64,000 nucleotides of DNA from Sphagnum compactum (lineage: Eukaryota), in assembly GCA_965153455.1 (NCBI GenBank), contig OZ234494.1, positions 1,550,001-1,614,000 on the forward strand. Direction: 5' to 3'. Numbering within the stretch: the stretch's first letter is position 1; every line of letters begins with the position of its first letter. Both the position numbers and the translations under genes were made by a program. The notes under the pieces are model-generated. The model was not told the origin of the DNA. It saw only the letters and a program-made list of their open reading frames with translations, and made no database searches. Below, one piece after another: positions 12,700-26,698 of the stretch.

Positions 12700-15400
12700 C
12701 TTTCTCAAAAAGTGAACCATGAACGGAAATGTGTAAATGGTTGACTCCATAAACACAATCAACACTTTGAATGCCCGAGTTGCCAAAGGTTATAGGAATC
12801 CATTCAAGATAACAATGGGGAAAAGCTTCATGAAGGTTTGAACAAGAATCGCAAAGGTCTTCTACAAGATTGTCAATGCATTTCAGTGGAATGATTAGAC
12901 TTGATGATCACACTAAAATCACCTACCACTAAGTGCACATAGTTATAACAAGTTTCATTTGGAAGTAAGATTATCGACAACCACATAACAAATTGGATCT
13001 CTTGATTGAACTTTTTGGTCCTAGGAGGTGAAATCTAATTTATGATGGATGCTAGAAGAGGTTTTCTTTATCTAACCACTAGGTTTAGTTTACTAATTAT
13101 CAAACAATTGTTAATGTTGTCAACACATAAAATTCACTAAGGGAAGGCAATATATCAAACCTAGGCTTTTAAATTCAACCCAAACCATCCTTCAAGTTTG
13201 AGAACATCAATGTGGATATCTCTCCAAATGTTATCGTTAAAGGTTAGATCTTTGACAGTCATGATTGTGTTGCAAATTAGCACAATTTTGAAATTCGATG
13301 CAATTAATCAAATAAGAAATGGTCCAAGGTTTTGCATTGTCATAGACCCTAAGCAAGGATGGATTACCTAGGTTGACAAAAAATGACTTGATGTCTATAT
13401 AGCTAAAGTGAATATGGACTAAAAGTAATTTTTAATCCATTGTAAATTTTGTGCCAACTTGAAGCATCTAATACAAGGATATGAACATATATAGGCAAGG
13501 AGAATGTTTAGAGTAATTATTGATGAAACATGAAGGAAAAAAACTAAGAGAATAGGGGATCATGGGCATTGCCATTTGCATTTGTTGCATCCACTACATC
13601 AGCAAACTAACCCATACATTAATAAGAAAGGTTTTACATTATACATTTAAATAATTGAGAGGGTAGGAGGCCCCAAGCATGGATTGTGAAGCAAGTTGGA
13701 GTTCAAAATAAATTTATATGCCTTAGAAAGGAATATCATTGTTCTTTTGAGGCCCAACTCCAATAAGAAGATTAAGAAATGACTAAAGTGTTTAAAGATA
13801 TTGCAAAAGATGCACAAAGAAAGATTAATGAGGATGTTTAATAGATAGTGTCAACTCCCCAATTCACCTTGCAACCTACAATTGAAGTTGAGCACCTAAC
13901 TTTTGCCCTAGGTGAAGACCCAATCACATTTCAACCATCCCAAGTTGTTGAAAAATTAGAAAAAACCGTCAAATGCAACTCACAAGCCTCTCAACCAATT
14001 ACTATGGTCTAGTCTCCTAAGAAGTTAGGAGGGGTAAAAAGGAGAGTTGTGGAAATGGATGCAAACAAAGGCCCTAAAGGGATGGACAATGGAAAGAACC
14101 ATAAAACTTAACTTCTTAGGTACAACCAAGGAAACAATTCAATTCCTAATGGATCCGAACCCCTTATGAACATGAAGGACATATAATTGATGTCACTAAT
14201 CCCTATGCACAACCATCAACCATGTAGGTGAGAATTCAACAATAAAAGGAATTTCAAGGTTCAAAATGCACCCAACTAGAGGCAATGGAAAATAAAAGAC
14301 ATAATTAGAACCTCAACTCCAATTTCAACTAGTCAACACAATGTTTAAAGATCAAGTGGTGGGTCAACAAGAAGACCAACAAAAAGATGTAGCAAAAAAA
14401 CTAAAATATGAGGAAGAAGGATATGCCTTTGTGGATAATTGACAATCCCAATCATCAAAAAATTTCACTAGTAAATAACTAGATAGTAACACCAAATGCC
14501 ACTTATCAAATCAATTAACAAAAGGACTTGAATGGGAGGAGATATAATATGGGTCTAGAAATTGAAAAGATATTAAAGGGTAGTAGGTTACACTAACAAA
14601 CACCCATCTTCATTTCTCCTCAAATAAAGAAAATAACATCAAATCTATGAAAGTAACAATCAAAGGGAATAGACCTTAGGTATTCCTCATTAACAAGGAA
14701 GTGTATAATTATTAATCCTTTTATGACATGTCGGGCTTTAGCAATAATAATAAAAGAACATAAGGAAAGGCTTGTACCAACAAATCAAATCAAAATCATA
14801 ATGATGCATCATGCAACTAAACTTGTTATCATATATTGTTTAGGGTTTTAACCTTTAACAAGCAGGCTTTCAAGTTAAGGAACTATTTTAATGGCGTCAG
14901 GCCAAGAGTAAATGCAATATTCATAAACTAAGGGGGTTTAAGGTTGAGAGACTCCAAGAATAAACATTCAACATCTTGCGTAATGTTAAATCGCAAAGGC
15001 CACCCCAAGTTACTCTAATAATGGAAAAGAACAAGGGGTAAAGCGAAGTGGTATATGCATTCTACTTATAAGAGATGGACACCTTTGGTAAACCACACAC
15101 CTAATGAAGTGAAAAAAAGATCTGCATTTTAAGAACGTTTGAAGTTAACCCTATTTGCCAATTGTAAATGGGTAATGGTAAGAGAATTTAATATGATAGA
15201 AACAAATGTGAATAGATCTTCATTATCCAAAAGGACGATCTCTAAATTATAAAAAAATAATTTTGGGGCAAATTTTAAGTCATTTTGAATATTGAAAAAA
15301 TGTAAGGACAATTGAAAGTCTTAGATAATCCTAAAACAATCGAAAGTAAGGAACTAAAAGAATGATGATGAAACTTGACATACTAGTATACATCTTGATT
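12700..15400 (+). mobile_element. Highly decayed L1-like LINE remnant (ORF1-like region followed by the start of an APE endonuclease)
   Basis: Fragmentary motifs only: a knuckle-like DHGHCH at ~13560 and RVLTFN at ~14842 resembling an ORF2 start. Many stops. Confidence 0.35.
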
Positions 15401-15461
15401 GCCTCAAATGTAGGACCTATGTTGAAGAACCCCATATACACAATAAAGGGGGATGACATTT

Positions 15462-16255
15462 GGGTGAAAGCACATTAGGGGGGGCCAAAAATGTTGTCAC
15501 ATTATACTATTTTCCAAGGGTGTCCATGTTTGAACTTTGACCATGGTAATATTAAAGCATATTTTTTCAATGTTTTTGCATAATATGATAGATTATAACA
15601 CAAATAATTCAATTGCAAAGTTTTTTTTTTCCAACTTATATTGTACAATTACAAAGTATTTTTGTGGCAGAAAAAATGTACATCACTATGTACTAAAAAA
15701 TGAAAATATATTTTAAAAAGGATTGAAATGATTTATAGTCTTTATGAAATTTGTAATTTCTATTAAACATCGTGATTCCATATGATTAGAATAAGTTTGT
15801 GAACCATGTGAAGAGTTTGATAATTATCATATCACAAATGGGTGTTTTTGGGGGTGATGACCATAAGTATGTGATAAATTAACATTTTGACAAACCATCA
15901 CTTTCAAATGGAAGATGACAAGATATGTGACGTGGGTCATTTTTAAAATTTTCATTTCAAACATCTTTTGGTCAACTAATTCAAACCCAAACCTAATGCA
16001 ATCCAAAAACAAAAAACATGTTTTATTATATTGTACATAACATAAATATAATCATTATTCCTTGAATTTAAGCTTTTAAAGTTTATTTTTTTCAATAACA
16101 TTAAATATCATTAACTTTGTGAAAATCAAAATATCAAACCCAAATACCAAAAGTGAAACCCAAAATTAAATGCAATATGTTTTGCAGAAATATACTTTAC
16201 ATACATGTCATGAAAATGCCCAAAGTGGCCCCCCCCCCATAATGTGCTTTCATCC
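15462..16255. mobile_element. Non-autonomous TIR element with 4-bp TSD (ATTT); possibly Sola-like
   Basis: Left end GGGTGAAAGCACATTAGGGGGGGCCA; reverse complement of right end GGATGAAAGCACATTATGGGGGGGGGGCCA. ATTT on both sides (15458-15461, 16256-16259). Confidence 0.75.
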
Positions 16256-18039
16256 ATTTGTTCAAACCATCATCCGATCACTTGTGAAATAAATGTGTGA
16301 CCCAATCTCCATCAAAACATACTAAAAGATGAATATTAGGTATTTTGAATAAACAATTAAATGTATTCAAAACATTTGGGTATCAAATCCCATTGAGAGA
16401 TTTTTTTTTAAGTCAAGTCCAATCACAATAAAAAGAATTAGTTAGATTAAGTATTAAGTCTTTTATAAGGATTGCATTTGACATGTGGCATTCATGTATT
16501 GATTTAAAATACCATTGTGATAATTTTTCAAGTAATTTTTTGAACTGAATATCAATGTTGAAATCACATATGACCCATTATTTAATAAACATATGAAAAT
16601 TTTGCATCAAAATTTATGTTACAATCAAACTTACAACTTTGATTTTAACCATGATGACAAATTTTGAACTATATTAGTCATTAAAAACATTTGAACATCA
16701 AAACCCAATATGAAATCACTACATAAAATTCAAAAGGATTTTTTAATGGTTCAAAACACGTGGCTTTAATATATGAAGTATATTAAAACTTATAACAAAT
16801 TTGAAAAAAATTGGGGAAATTTTTAAATAAAAAACACATCCAAATTTCCACTATGTTGAAAAGGCTTATTCAACAAGTGTTTATTATATGAAAAAACTAA
16901 TTCCAAAAAAATAAGATGATTCCAAATTCATGGGATTTCAATTTTGTCAATTAACAAACAAAATCGCAAAAGATGAACAAAGAACTCATTAAATAAAATT
17001 AATGCGTCCAAGCATGGTGAAGTAGACTGTAAAAGTTCCTTGCAACATAAATGAAAAAAAGCCATCAAGTAGGCTTTCATATATTGAACTTAAGAATATT
17101 ATTTAGTTCAATGATTAATATGAACATTTTTGTCAATTTTGTTAAAATTTTAAATAAAAATTACATGTTAAAATAAGTTTAAGTAGATTCATGGAAATTC
17201 AAGTAAACTCATAATCTATTTTATAGCCTTTAAGTAGGTTGTAAATATATGAATTTTTAATTTTTTAATTTTTCAATTAATGGGGTCTTAAAATGTATTT
17301 GTGGGTTTTCATCTTTTTCACATTTTCATCAAAATATATTTAGTTTGTAGGGTGGAAAAAGTCAAGCTTAAAATGATCACAAGACAGCATAGGTGGGTTA
17401 GAATGATCTTGGTAAAAAAGGGTCCTAAGAAATCAACTTTTTATCTTTTCTATGGGACGTTGGCAGACTTAACATTTGATGCCCATGTGACTACAAAGCA
17501 TGGGCATAGGTCACCACATTGACATGCTTAAGCATCCCCCAACAATGAAGGGAGGACTATGAAGCCTCTAGGTCTACATCATTGCATCGTCAACAAAAAA
17601 ATATCAAAAAAATATAAATAATTTCCTTCCTTTTGGGCTTTCTTGAGTTTTATGGTCCATTTGAACATAGAGAAATGAATTCATTTTTCAGCAATGGAGA
17701 TGTGATGACTATAGACCATGGAAGATGATTTGGGAAGGCATTATTGCTTATGATAAAATAAAATGGGTCAAAACTTGTCAATTTATTGAAAGAATGCCTT
17801 TTTGTGGTTGGTGGATATGTTGAACAATTTGACAAAATGTGATGCCCCCATTTTTATTCTACAAATGGCCAAAAGATTAAATGGAGTTATCAAATACTTG
17901 GGATTATTAAGTTTAGGGGTTAATCTTTAACAAATTTGTGGTTTTTGCTTGGGGTGGGTCTCCTTTTGAGATTGCAATATTTTTAATTTTTTTTGCAATG
18001 AACTTGTTCATTTGTGTTTTAAAAAAAGTCATTAGAGGG

Positions 18040-21000
18040 TGTCGTGACGTGTAGTGTCGTGAGGTACGGTGTTGTAAGGGTGTAAATCCATAGACATATA
18101 TATAATGCACAAGAAGAGGCTGAGATGAAATTATCATGTATATTAAATTGAAAAGAAGGAAAAAAAAACATAGTGTATGTAAATGATGGTCGTGTAATAG
18201 CCGCCGTGAGCATCTAGAAATCCAGTCTAACTATGGAGGAAACTTTCCCTAACAAAAGAATTCCAGAAAAACTAACAAGAGAAGGGAAGAGCTTGGCCTT
18301 TTATACAGCCGTCAACAAGCTAAAACCCTAAACAAGCCATAACCCTCAAACACCTAATAGTGCACAATAACCTAAGAACGTACATTAACCCTAAGAGCGT
18401 ACATTAACCTTAAAAGCATGATTGGCATGCCCATAACCGGCCATCATGTATGAGGCCATGCATACGGGCATGACAACGGTCGTGACATGTAGTGTCGTGA
18501 CGTACGTTGTCGTAAGGGTGTAAATCCATAATCCCCACACATCCTTTTTTCAGTCCATAATCCAGCTGAATCTTTCTTTGCTGGCATTACTGTAATGATT
18601 GCAAAATCAAAACTTGATGGCTGAATGAGACCAGCCTCATGGAGCTCTTTGCATCTTTCATCTACCAGTTCCCACTCATGTTTGCTCAACTATGCCTCCT
18701 CCGATAGATGGGTGTTTCATCTGTAAGGTCTATAGAGAATTGCATGGTGTGTGCTTCCTTGAGCATACAATGGTGAGCCATAGGACTATGGTTCCCATGT
18801 AAATCAAGGGGTATGTATCCAAGGTGGTGGCCATCAGTCTCCCAATCCATTCAATAGTACGCATGCTCGAACCAATTGTCAATTGTGAAACTTGGTGGGA
18901 ACACGGCCTCTTACCCAATGAGCACATCATAACTAGTGGCATTGGTGATTAAACATCTAACCAGTAGGCAAAGCTCCTAATCTGTACCTTCATTAAAGTT
19001 AAGTGTAATCAAATCCAAGTCCCTCCTCTACGTTCCCACTAACGATGCGGATTTGCCACATAGATTTTCATAGTTCGGAGTTGAGCATGCCCATCTTCTT
19101 GGCAAATTGAACTTCAAGAATCACTGGTTGGGCACCTGTATCAAGAAGTACCACTCTGGGTGTATGTCCTCCCACCTAGATTGTTATCTCAGTATTGTCG
19201 ACAATGGTAACTCTGGTGGCGATGGAAATTCTCTCACTAGGCACCACCTTTGGAAATGAGTGAAAGACATTGTGGAGAGAATGGCTATCCACAACGCCTT
19301 TGCTAAGTAACAATTCTACAAGTGAGGTGTTCTTAGCTTCCTTTTGACATGTGAATGTAGAATCAGAGGTAGGAGAGCCCACTAGTTTAGCCATGTTAAA
19401 ACTAGTGACCAGATTACGAACACCATCTACAACACTTGAGCTAATCGAATGTCTCTCTAAGGTGTTGGATGGGACCCTTATAGCATGTGGATAAAAGATT
19501 GGTAGAGGACCTGATGTAGTGTTCAGGGTATCCTTTAGTACTACAATTATGTCCCTGGTGCTTAGCTTCAAATCTTGAAAACTAAACAACGGTGTACTCA
19601 CAAGCTATAGCGCCACTTTACGCATTTGAAGTAGGCACTCCATAAACTGATTAGTGGAAAATTATGTGTTTTCCTTATGTACATGTACTTTTGGGACACG
19701 AGAATTTGATGCCCTAGCAGCTTGTGGTGTAGTTGTCTCCTCCCCCTTCGCCAACAAGGTGCGTTCTTCTTACGTGTTAAAAGGACGAAAAGATTGTGGC
19801 ATGACTGCTCGAGCTCTTCTAGCCCTGGTAATAGAACTTGAACTAGATGTGAGTCCATTAGTCTGAATTACCTGCCTAGTGGTAGAAACTCTGGGTGCCA
19901 CACAAGCCTTTTGTGCCGCGAAGTAAGAAGGGTAAAAAGAAGTGGCAAATTCTGGTGGGAGACTAAAATTATGTGCACTGGAAAAAACATACTTTCCAAC
20001 CATGGCATCGTGTGAGAGGCCATAAAATGACCTAGGAGGTCACTCCCATGATCCTGAACCTTGTACAAGTTGGGCATGACTAGCTGATTTGGAAGACTTG
20101 CTTTTTAGATTAGCAAGTTGGGCCTTCAATGATTCGAGTTCATTTTACAGAGTTTAAACTTGCGCGGCATGGGCTTGAAGCACCTCCCTCTTGTCAGCAT
20201 TGTGATCCTTTTTCTTAGCATTCTTACTCAAATTACCCTTGGTGGGGAAAGCTTGAGTGGCAGGCTGAGGTGCCTTGGCTTTTGGTTAAGGGGCAGCAGA
20301 AGATGTTGGCAGATTCTGCCATGGTAATCAAAGTTGCTTCCATTCCGGGAACTTGGCAAAACAAACAGCTTTCTGATGTCCCTCTTTCCCACAATAATCA
20401 CAAAAGAGATCCTTGGAAGGATTATTGCACTCACTAACTTTGTGGGTACGATTGCCATAGTAGTTGTAAGAAAGTAGGATGGGTGCAACCGAGTGCATCG
20501 CTTTAGCCTTTGAAGAAGAATGTGATGATTTGGTTGGCGCAGCTGGTGTAGGCTAAGGCCTTGAATGTGATGGAAGCCTCATAGTACTGGCCTCATAGTG
20601 TGCATGAACCAATTCCAACTTTTCAGAAATGTTGTACACATCCAACAAAGTGTACAAGTTTCCAAATTCTGCAAAAAACCCATTGTAAACAACCTGCACA
20701 TGGAGTGTCAAAGTACCTTCCAACGAACAAAGATACTGATGGGCAGCTTCAGGTCTGTGATGCTATAAATATCCTTTTTAAGCTTGAGAAGCATCATGTA
20801 GAGAATCTTGAAGGTTTCATCTTTTTGTCGAGAGAAGGTGGCGAGCTGTAGAATTTTTTCAGAACTCTTGACTAGAAATTTCAACTCAAAAAATCGAAAG
20901 AATTCCCCCACTGGATTAGCAAAAGCTGGTGCATCGATGGTGGGAGGATTGTTTGCGATAGCAACGATGAGTTATTGAAGATAAAGGTTTATTGAAGTAG

Positions 21001-22836
21001 GTATCGGATTTGGATTATTGGGCACAGTCCCATGATGTGCAATGGCAACTTGCAATGCATCTTGAAAGGCGGTGGTGATGGCTGTGGCATAAGCTGGATT
21101 GGGAATCTGGGTGACGCCCAAAATCCTTGGAGAATGTGCTCGTAGACATCTAATGCTTCAAACTGCACATAAAGGGCCAATTGTTTGAATGCGAATGCCT
21201 CGGTGTAATTAGCGCCATACTTGAGCTCCAATTCACAAACCACAATTGAGAAAGTTGCCTTGAATGCCCTCAAAGAAATGGTACCTGGCCTTCCGCTGAA
21301 CTTCTCAATTCTCCCAGAGGAATTGCTGACCTCCATGGTGTATATGGGTGTAGAGGTCACGGGTTACAGTGGAATATACAGTGATGGTGTGAAAGCTGGT
21401 GTGACAACATGCGTACCCCACTAATTAACCCCTCCAAATGGACTTTGATGTACCGTTCATGTAGTATAACCTAAACTTGAATTCTTGATAGGAGTTGTAC
21501 TAGATGATAGTGGCGCTGTAGATGTTTGATGGTACCATCGTGAGCTCAAAGAAATCAGCTCAAGTAATTGTGTGTTATTTTGTAGCTGATACCTTGGTTC
21601 TGGCTGAGTGGTAATGCTCTCATCATCCGAGGACATGGTGTTGTCCCATGCCCCAAAATTTTGTAGCAATACAAAGCACTAGCTACGAAGTTCTAACACA
21701 ACATATGGTTTAAAAAATATGGTGCGTCGACGGGGATGAATGGCGATGGATGGACGTCTATGGACGAAATCGAACGGACGGACGTTGGACGGAATAGCAA
21801 TGGAAGTCGGACGGAATGGCAATGGGCGTCAGACAGAACAATGACAGACGTTAGATGGAATGGCGACGAACGTTAGACGAAATAGCGACGAAAGTCGAAC
21901 GAAACGACGACAGACGTCGAACAGAACGGAATGGACGAAATGGAACGAAATGAAACGGATTGCGACTTCCATTCCGGTGACTGCAGCGGCGTTGCAGAGC
22001 GATCCACATCCACGAGCTCTGTAGTGATGGCGTGCAGAAAAGAAGAGAGATTTTTTTATTTATTCTCTTTTTCGTTTCTTCAACGGATCTTGTAGCTTGT
22101 TCCTTTGATTATTCATGCAAAGAGCCGATAGAAATGGAACTAAAGCAACAAACAAGTTAAAGCATAAAAGAAGAAGAGGAGGAATTAATCTAGATGTAGA
22201 TCAATGCGTAGATGTTTGGCAGGTACTAAATAGGCATGAGTGAGATCGGAAGCTTAGGCTTGCAAAAGCTTGCAGTAGCAACCGCCGTGGGTTTTTCCGG
22301 TGTCCCTTCTCCCTCGCTGACGTTGTTACTAGTTATGGTTGTTGTTGTTCTTGTTGTAGCTGCAGTACAAGAGTAGAAAAATAAAAAGAAGTAATAGTAA
22401 TTCAAAAACACAAGAAACCAGCAAACAAAAGAAACCCAAGAAACTCAAAGTTAGGAAAAATTTGTCGCTTTCAACATTAAGTGACAGAGAGCAGTTTTTC
22501 TAGAATTAAATTGAAAACAAAGAAAGAAAACGTAGTGTATGTAAACGGTGGCTGTGTAATAGCCACCGTGAGCATCTAGAAATCCAGTCTACTATGGAGG
22601 AAACTCTCCTTGATAAAGGAATTTTAGAAAAACTAACAAGAGAAGGGAAAAACTTGGCCTTTTATATAACCGTCAACAAGCTGAAACCCTAAACAAGCCA
22701 TAACCCTCAAACACCTAATAATGCACAGTAACTTAAATACGTACATTAACCCTAAGAACGTACATTAACCCTAAAGGCATGATTGACATGCCCATAACCA
22801 ACCGTCATGTATGAGGCCATGCATACGGGCATGACA
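18040..22836 (-). mobile_element. Ty3/gypsy-type retrotransposon, internally deleted (gag with CCHC knuckle, aspartic protease, truncated RT), with atypical terminal repeats
   Basis: TG...CA termini flanked by AGGG on both sides. ~333-bp direct repeat at 22505-22836 and 18142-18475. gag MEVSNSSGRIEKFSGRPG (~21340), CDYCGKEGHQKAVC (~20360-20402), protease VLLDTGAQPV (~19125-19155), RT start GLIQPS...PAKKDSAGLWTEKRMCGDY (18530-18690). Frameshifts and stops throughout. Confidence 0.88.
21740..21965. repeat. Degenerate short tandem repeats (GGACGGAATGGC/GACGAAC-like) in the 5' leader of the gypsy element
   Basis: Repeated GACG/GGAA/CGAA motifs visible directly. Confidence 0.6.
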
Positions 22837-24184
22837 AGGGGTTGAACAATGATGCTTGGAGTTGTATTGTGACTTGATGGAACACATGCAACTTGACATT
22901 GGGATGATATAAATGGATTTTTTGAATATACAATATAGATGGGAAGGAAGTTGGTCAAGGCAGATTGGGTAGAAATTAGCCTAACCCAATTTTGTTATGA
23001 AGATGACCATTTCTTGGGATTGTTGTTAGTGGGGAGGGGGGAAGAGATCATGGTCTAAAAGGGTTAGAATAAAGTTCTAACTATTTTAGACTCAAAGGAA
23101 TGGTCACTATGATAGGATGGGGGGAAGTGGGTTAGTTAGCCAAAAAAGGATAAAGGTCACTTTATCCTACCTTGGATTGGTTGACTTATTGGGTAAGGGG
23201 GGGTAAGTTGGAGAACATCAATTCCCAAAAATTCTTTTTAGGTCTAGATTAAAGGGTTAGGTCATTATAGTGGGTTGAGGCTTCCTGGTTAGCTCCTCCT
23301 TGTTGACTTTTCATTTGGATGTGAAAATGTTGAAATATTAATGAGCTTGAGGCGGAAATAGGGGCATGATGTGAAGACTTGGGAAGGGCTTGGGGGGAAT
23401 TGAATAGATCATTAACAAGCAAGTGGGAGGTGGCTATTCACTCATGAAGAATGAAACCTTCAGGGCAAACTCAAAGGAATGTACATGAGAAAAGGATCTG
23501 GAGGCATTGGTGGGCGGTAAAGGAGGTGGTGGTGGTGGTGGTGGTTGTTCAAGGATTGTTTTCAATGATAAAGGCCATTAAAGGTAAAATGGGAGGATAT
23601 GAATAATGAGCAAGGGGGTACAAAAGGGAAGTCAGATGCTTTGTAAGGGGTAGAGGTTGTTTTAGGGTTCTAAAAGGATTACACTAAGTTGGGAGTTGAG
23701 AAGGGGAAGTTGTGATGGGGTTGCAAGGTTTTTCTTTGGCATTCTTAGAGTTTATCTGATGCTGCAATCAAGGGGGAGGGTTGTTGGTGATAGGATGGTT
23801 AAAAAAGATATTAAAAAAAGATTAAGAAAGACCTCATGTATCTCGTTTGACCATAAGGAATTTTAACAATTTATCAACGTGAAGAAATTGAACATCTCAA
23901 TTTTGAAATGTGGCATTGTAGTTTTGATAAATGAAAAATATAAATAATTATAATGTATGTAGGTTTTCAATTCAAATATAGGTTGTTGTTTAGTAAAGCA
24001 AGGAAAAGAGGGGTCAAAAAGGTAGGAGGTGAAAAGAAAGCAAGAAGATGTGACAAGGTTAATGTTGGTTGACTAGGGTCAACTTGATAGTTGGAAATGA
24101 ACAGTAACAATGGAACACAAAACTAACTTTGTAGATCACCCTTGCTCGTAGTGATGGATTGGGATTAAGTAAAGGTTGGTGTAA

Positions 24185-24508
24185 TTCCCGAGGGGGGGGG
24201 ACATTAGTATAAAATATGTGAGTAAAAATATAAGATGCAATATATTGGTTGTTGAGTAAAATTATAAGTTAATTAGTTAAAAAATAGGGTACATTTTCTT
24301 CAAATAATCAATTTAATTATAATATAAGGCATGTAATAATTTGAAATAATGAGTAATAATTAATATAAAGTGGCTTTAGTATGTATATATTAGAAAATTA
24401 GATTATAATAGGGTGATAAAAATAGGTTGGACAATTATCTAATACCCCTTAAAAATGGTCATTTACGCACGTAAATCCCAAACTTTACATTAAATGTCCC
24501 CCAGGGTG
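24185..24508. mobile_element. Small MITE-like element
   Basis: Imperfect TIRs: CCCGAGGGGGGGGGACATTAG at left, CCCTGGGGGACATTTAA as reverse complement of right. AT-rich interior. Confidence 0.45.
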
Positions 24509-25139
24509 TAATTGTGTTGTCTTACTTGTTGTCCAAAGAATGACAATAAAAGTTGCAAGTAGAAGGTGAAAGAGAGGTAGGGATAAGCAAACGGTGAACA
24601 ATTTTAAGTAAACCCCTTAATCGTTCATTGTAACCACCCTTGTAAACTAAGGTAGTGTAGACCAAGTGTACCTAAAGTGAAGGGTGAGATTTCAAGGAAT
24701 TTCAGTTTGTAACACTATCTTGAATGTTCTCCAAAGAAAGAAGAATGACCCAAGTCTAAGATATTTAGCGCCCTAATTTGATTTTCCTTGCACAGTATGA
24801 TGCAAAAAATTCCCAAGGAAAACATTGCTCACCACTTTTTCACATAAAATGGAAATAAATATGAAACATGATTGTCCCTTGGGTGAACCAGCACTTACAC
24901 TGGTACCATGGTAAATACTAAAAACTGTTAATGATTTTGTGTTGCTTCTAAAAGTTATTATTATCTGGCACATATGTCAAAGCATGTTCAAATTTAACAA
25001 TTCCCAAGTTGAATATAGCTTTGAAGAGGCCTCACTCAAGCAGGTGAAGGTACCTGTGTGGGTGCTGGTTCACTAGACAGCCCAAGATTTACATGGTCTA
25101 GAGTGAATACAAGTTTGTCAAATGGGTAGTATTTAATAA

Positions 25140-25527
25140 GGTCTGCTCTATACTAGGAGTCAGGGCCGATGTTCCACCCAAATCAAGCATTCCTATTGGT
25201 GCAAAAGTTAAAATCAGCCCCAAGGGCTTTTACACTAGGAGCCAAGGCTAAAATAGAAAAAATTCTTTTCAATCTGCCCCAAGTTACTAATAAATGCTGA
25301 ACTTTATGGCCTTTTATTGGCTCCAAAGCTGAAAAATGCATACCATGGAATTTGGGAAGCCAAGTTGCAACCCTTGGGCCAATGTTCCAGCATTTAGTAA
25401 TATCCTGACGTCAATGTTGTAACATTTATTAGTAACTTGGGGCCAAACAACAAGCCAAAAATGCTCAAAATTGGCCGGCCCCAAGTTTTTTTGGCCCCCC
25501 CACTCCTCCTAGTGTAAAGCGGGGGCC
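25140..25527. mobile_element. MITE (PIF/Harbinger-like ends)
   Basis: Left GCTCTATACTAGGAG, right reverse complement GCTTTACACTAGGAG, and an extra internal end-like copy at ~25225. Confidence 0.5.
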
Positions 25528-26698
25528 GAAGATTCAACAAGTGTTGGTAGATGAAAGCCAACAAAGAGAAGCCAATCAGGAAAGCAAACACAAATTCATG
25601 CACTTTTCTCTCTTTTTAGTTTTTAAAGTCCTTTTTTTGGCTTCTGTTTGACGAGGCTAAAAGCAACTTGAGTTAACATCCATGCACAACAGACCAGATT
25701 AAAGATAATTTTATACCCCAATGGACCCCTCCCCATCCATCTTTCTGAGGAGTAGGTAATGGGATGGCTGACATGTGCTTCCATTCTCATACCCATCCAC
25801 AAGGGATGGACCAATTGCTTTGTTTGGGATGACACAAAATGCTCATTTGCTATTTGTCCCTTTCAGCCTCTTTTCTGACTCTGCAAAGCACTCCAAGGCT
25901 TTTTCTTTCTTTTTTCCTTTCTACTTCAAAAGCACCTTCCCACACAGAAAGAAAGAAAGATGCTTTCATCAATTGTTAGTGACCTAAGTGACCTTACACC
26001 ATTCAGTGACCGACCTTACACCATTCGCATGCAAACCTTCTGCCTGCCATTCAAATAGAAAAGCCTTTCATACTTTAGGGGAAGAAGGCCTTCAAGGCCT
26101 CCCCTCAATTTTCAGGCCTACACCCCACCCTTGTTTGGGCTAGAGGCTATTATCACCCTCAAAATAGGGGATGCCACTGGAGCAACACTTCCCCTATATT
26201 TAATTTAATAGAGTTATCCCTAAAGTCATGCCCTGTTGGGCCTGAGTTGCACCCCTCATTTGATGCTTCATCCACTCCTGACTGTTCTCGGCAAAGTCAT
26301 GAAATTTTATTAAATAAGGGTATGAAATACTGAAACTCAGGGTTAAATTCACCAGGCTCGACAACATTTATAACTACAGCACACATAGCAGCAGCAGTAA
26401 TTGGTTGAAGGAGTTCAGGAAAAAAAAGGACAGGGCAAACTCAGTTTTGCACCAAATTTGCTTCTAAACTGAGTTTCATGCCCCCATTGAAGCCCAATGT
26501 ACTTTTTTTTCTTCCTGTTTTTTGAAATCTCATCCCCTATGTGACCAAACAGGGGGTTCTGGTGCCGTCTTTTCCTGACTTTACCGATAACTTTAATATA
26601 CAAATATTATATAGCAGAATTCTTTTCTTCATTTCAGAAAAGAAGAAAGGAAAGCATAAGGTGCTTTGTCAGTTGATTTTGGGTAACATAGGGTGTTG

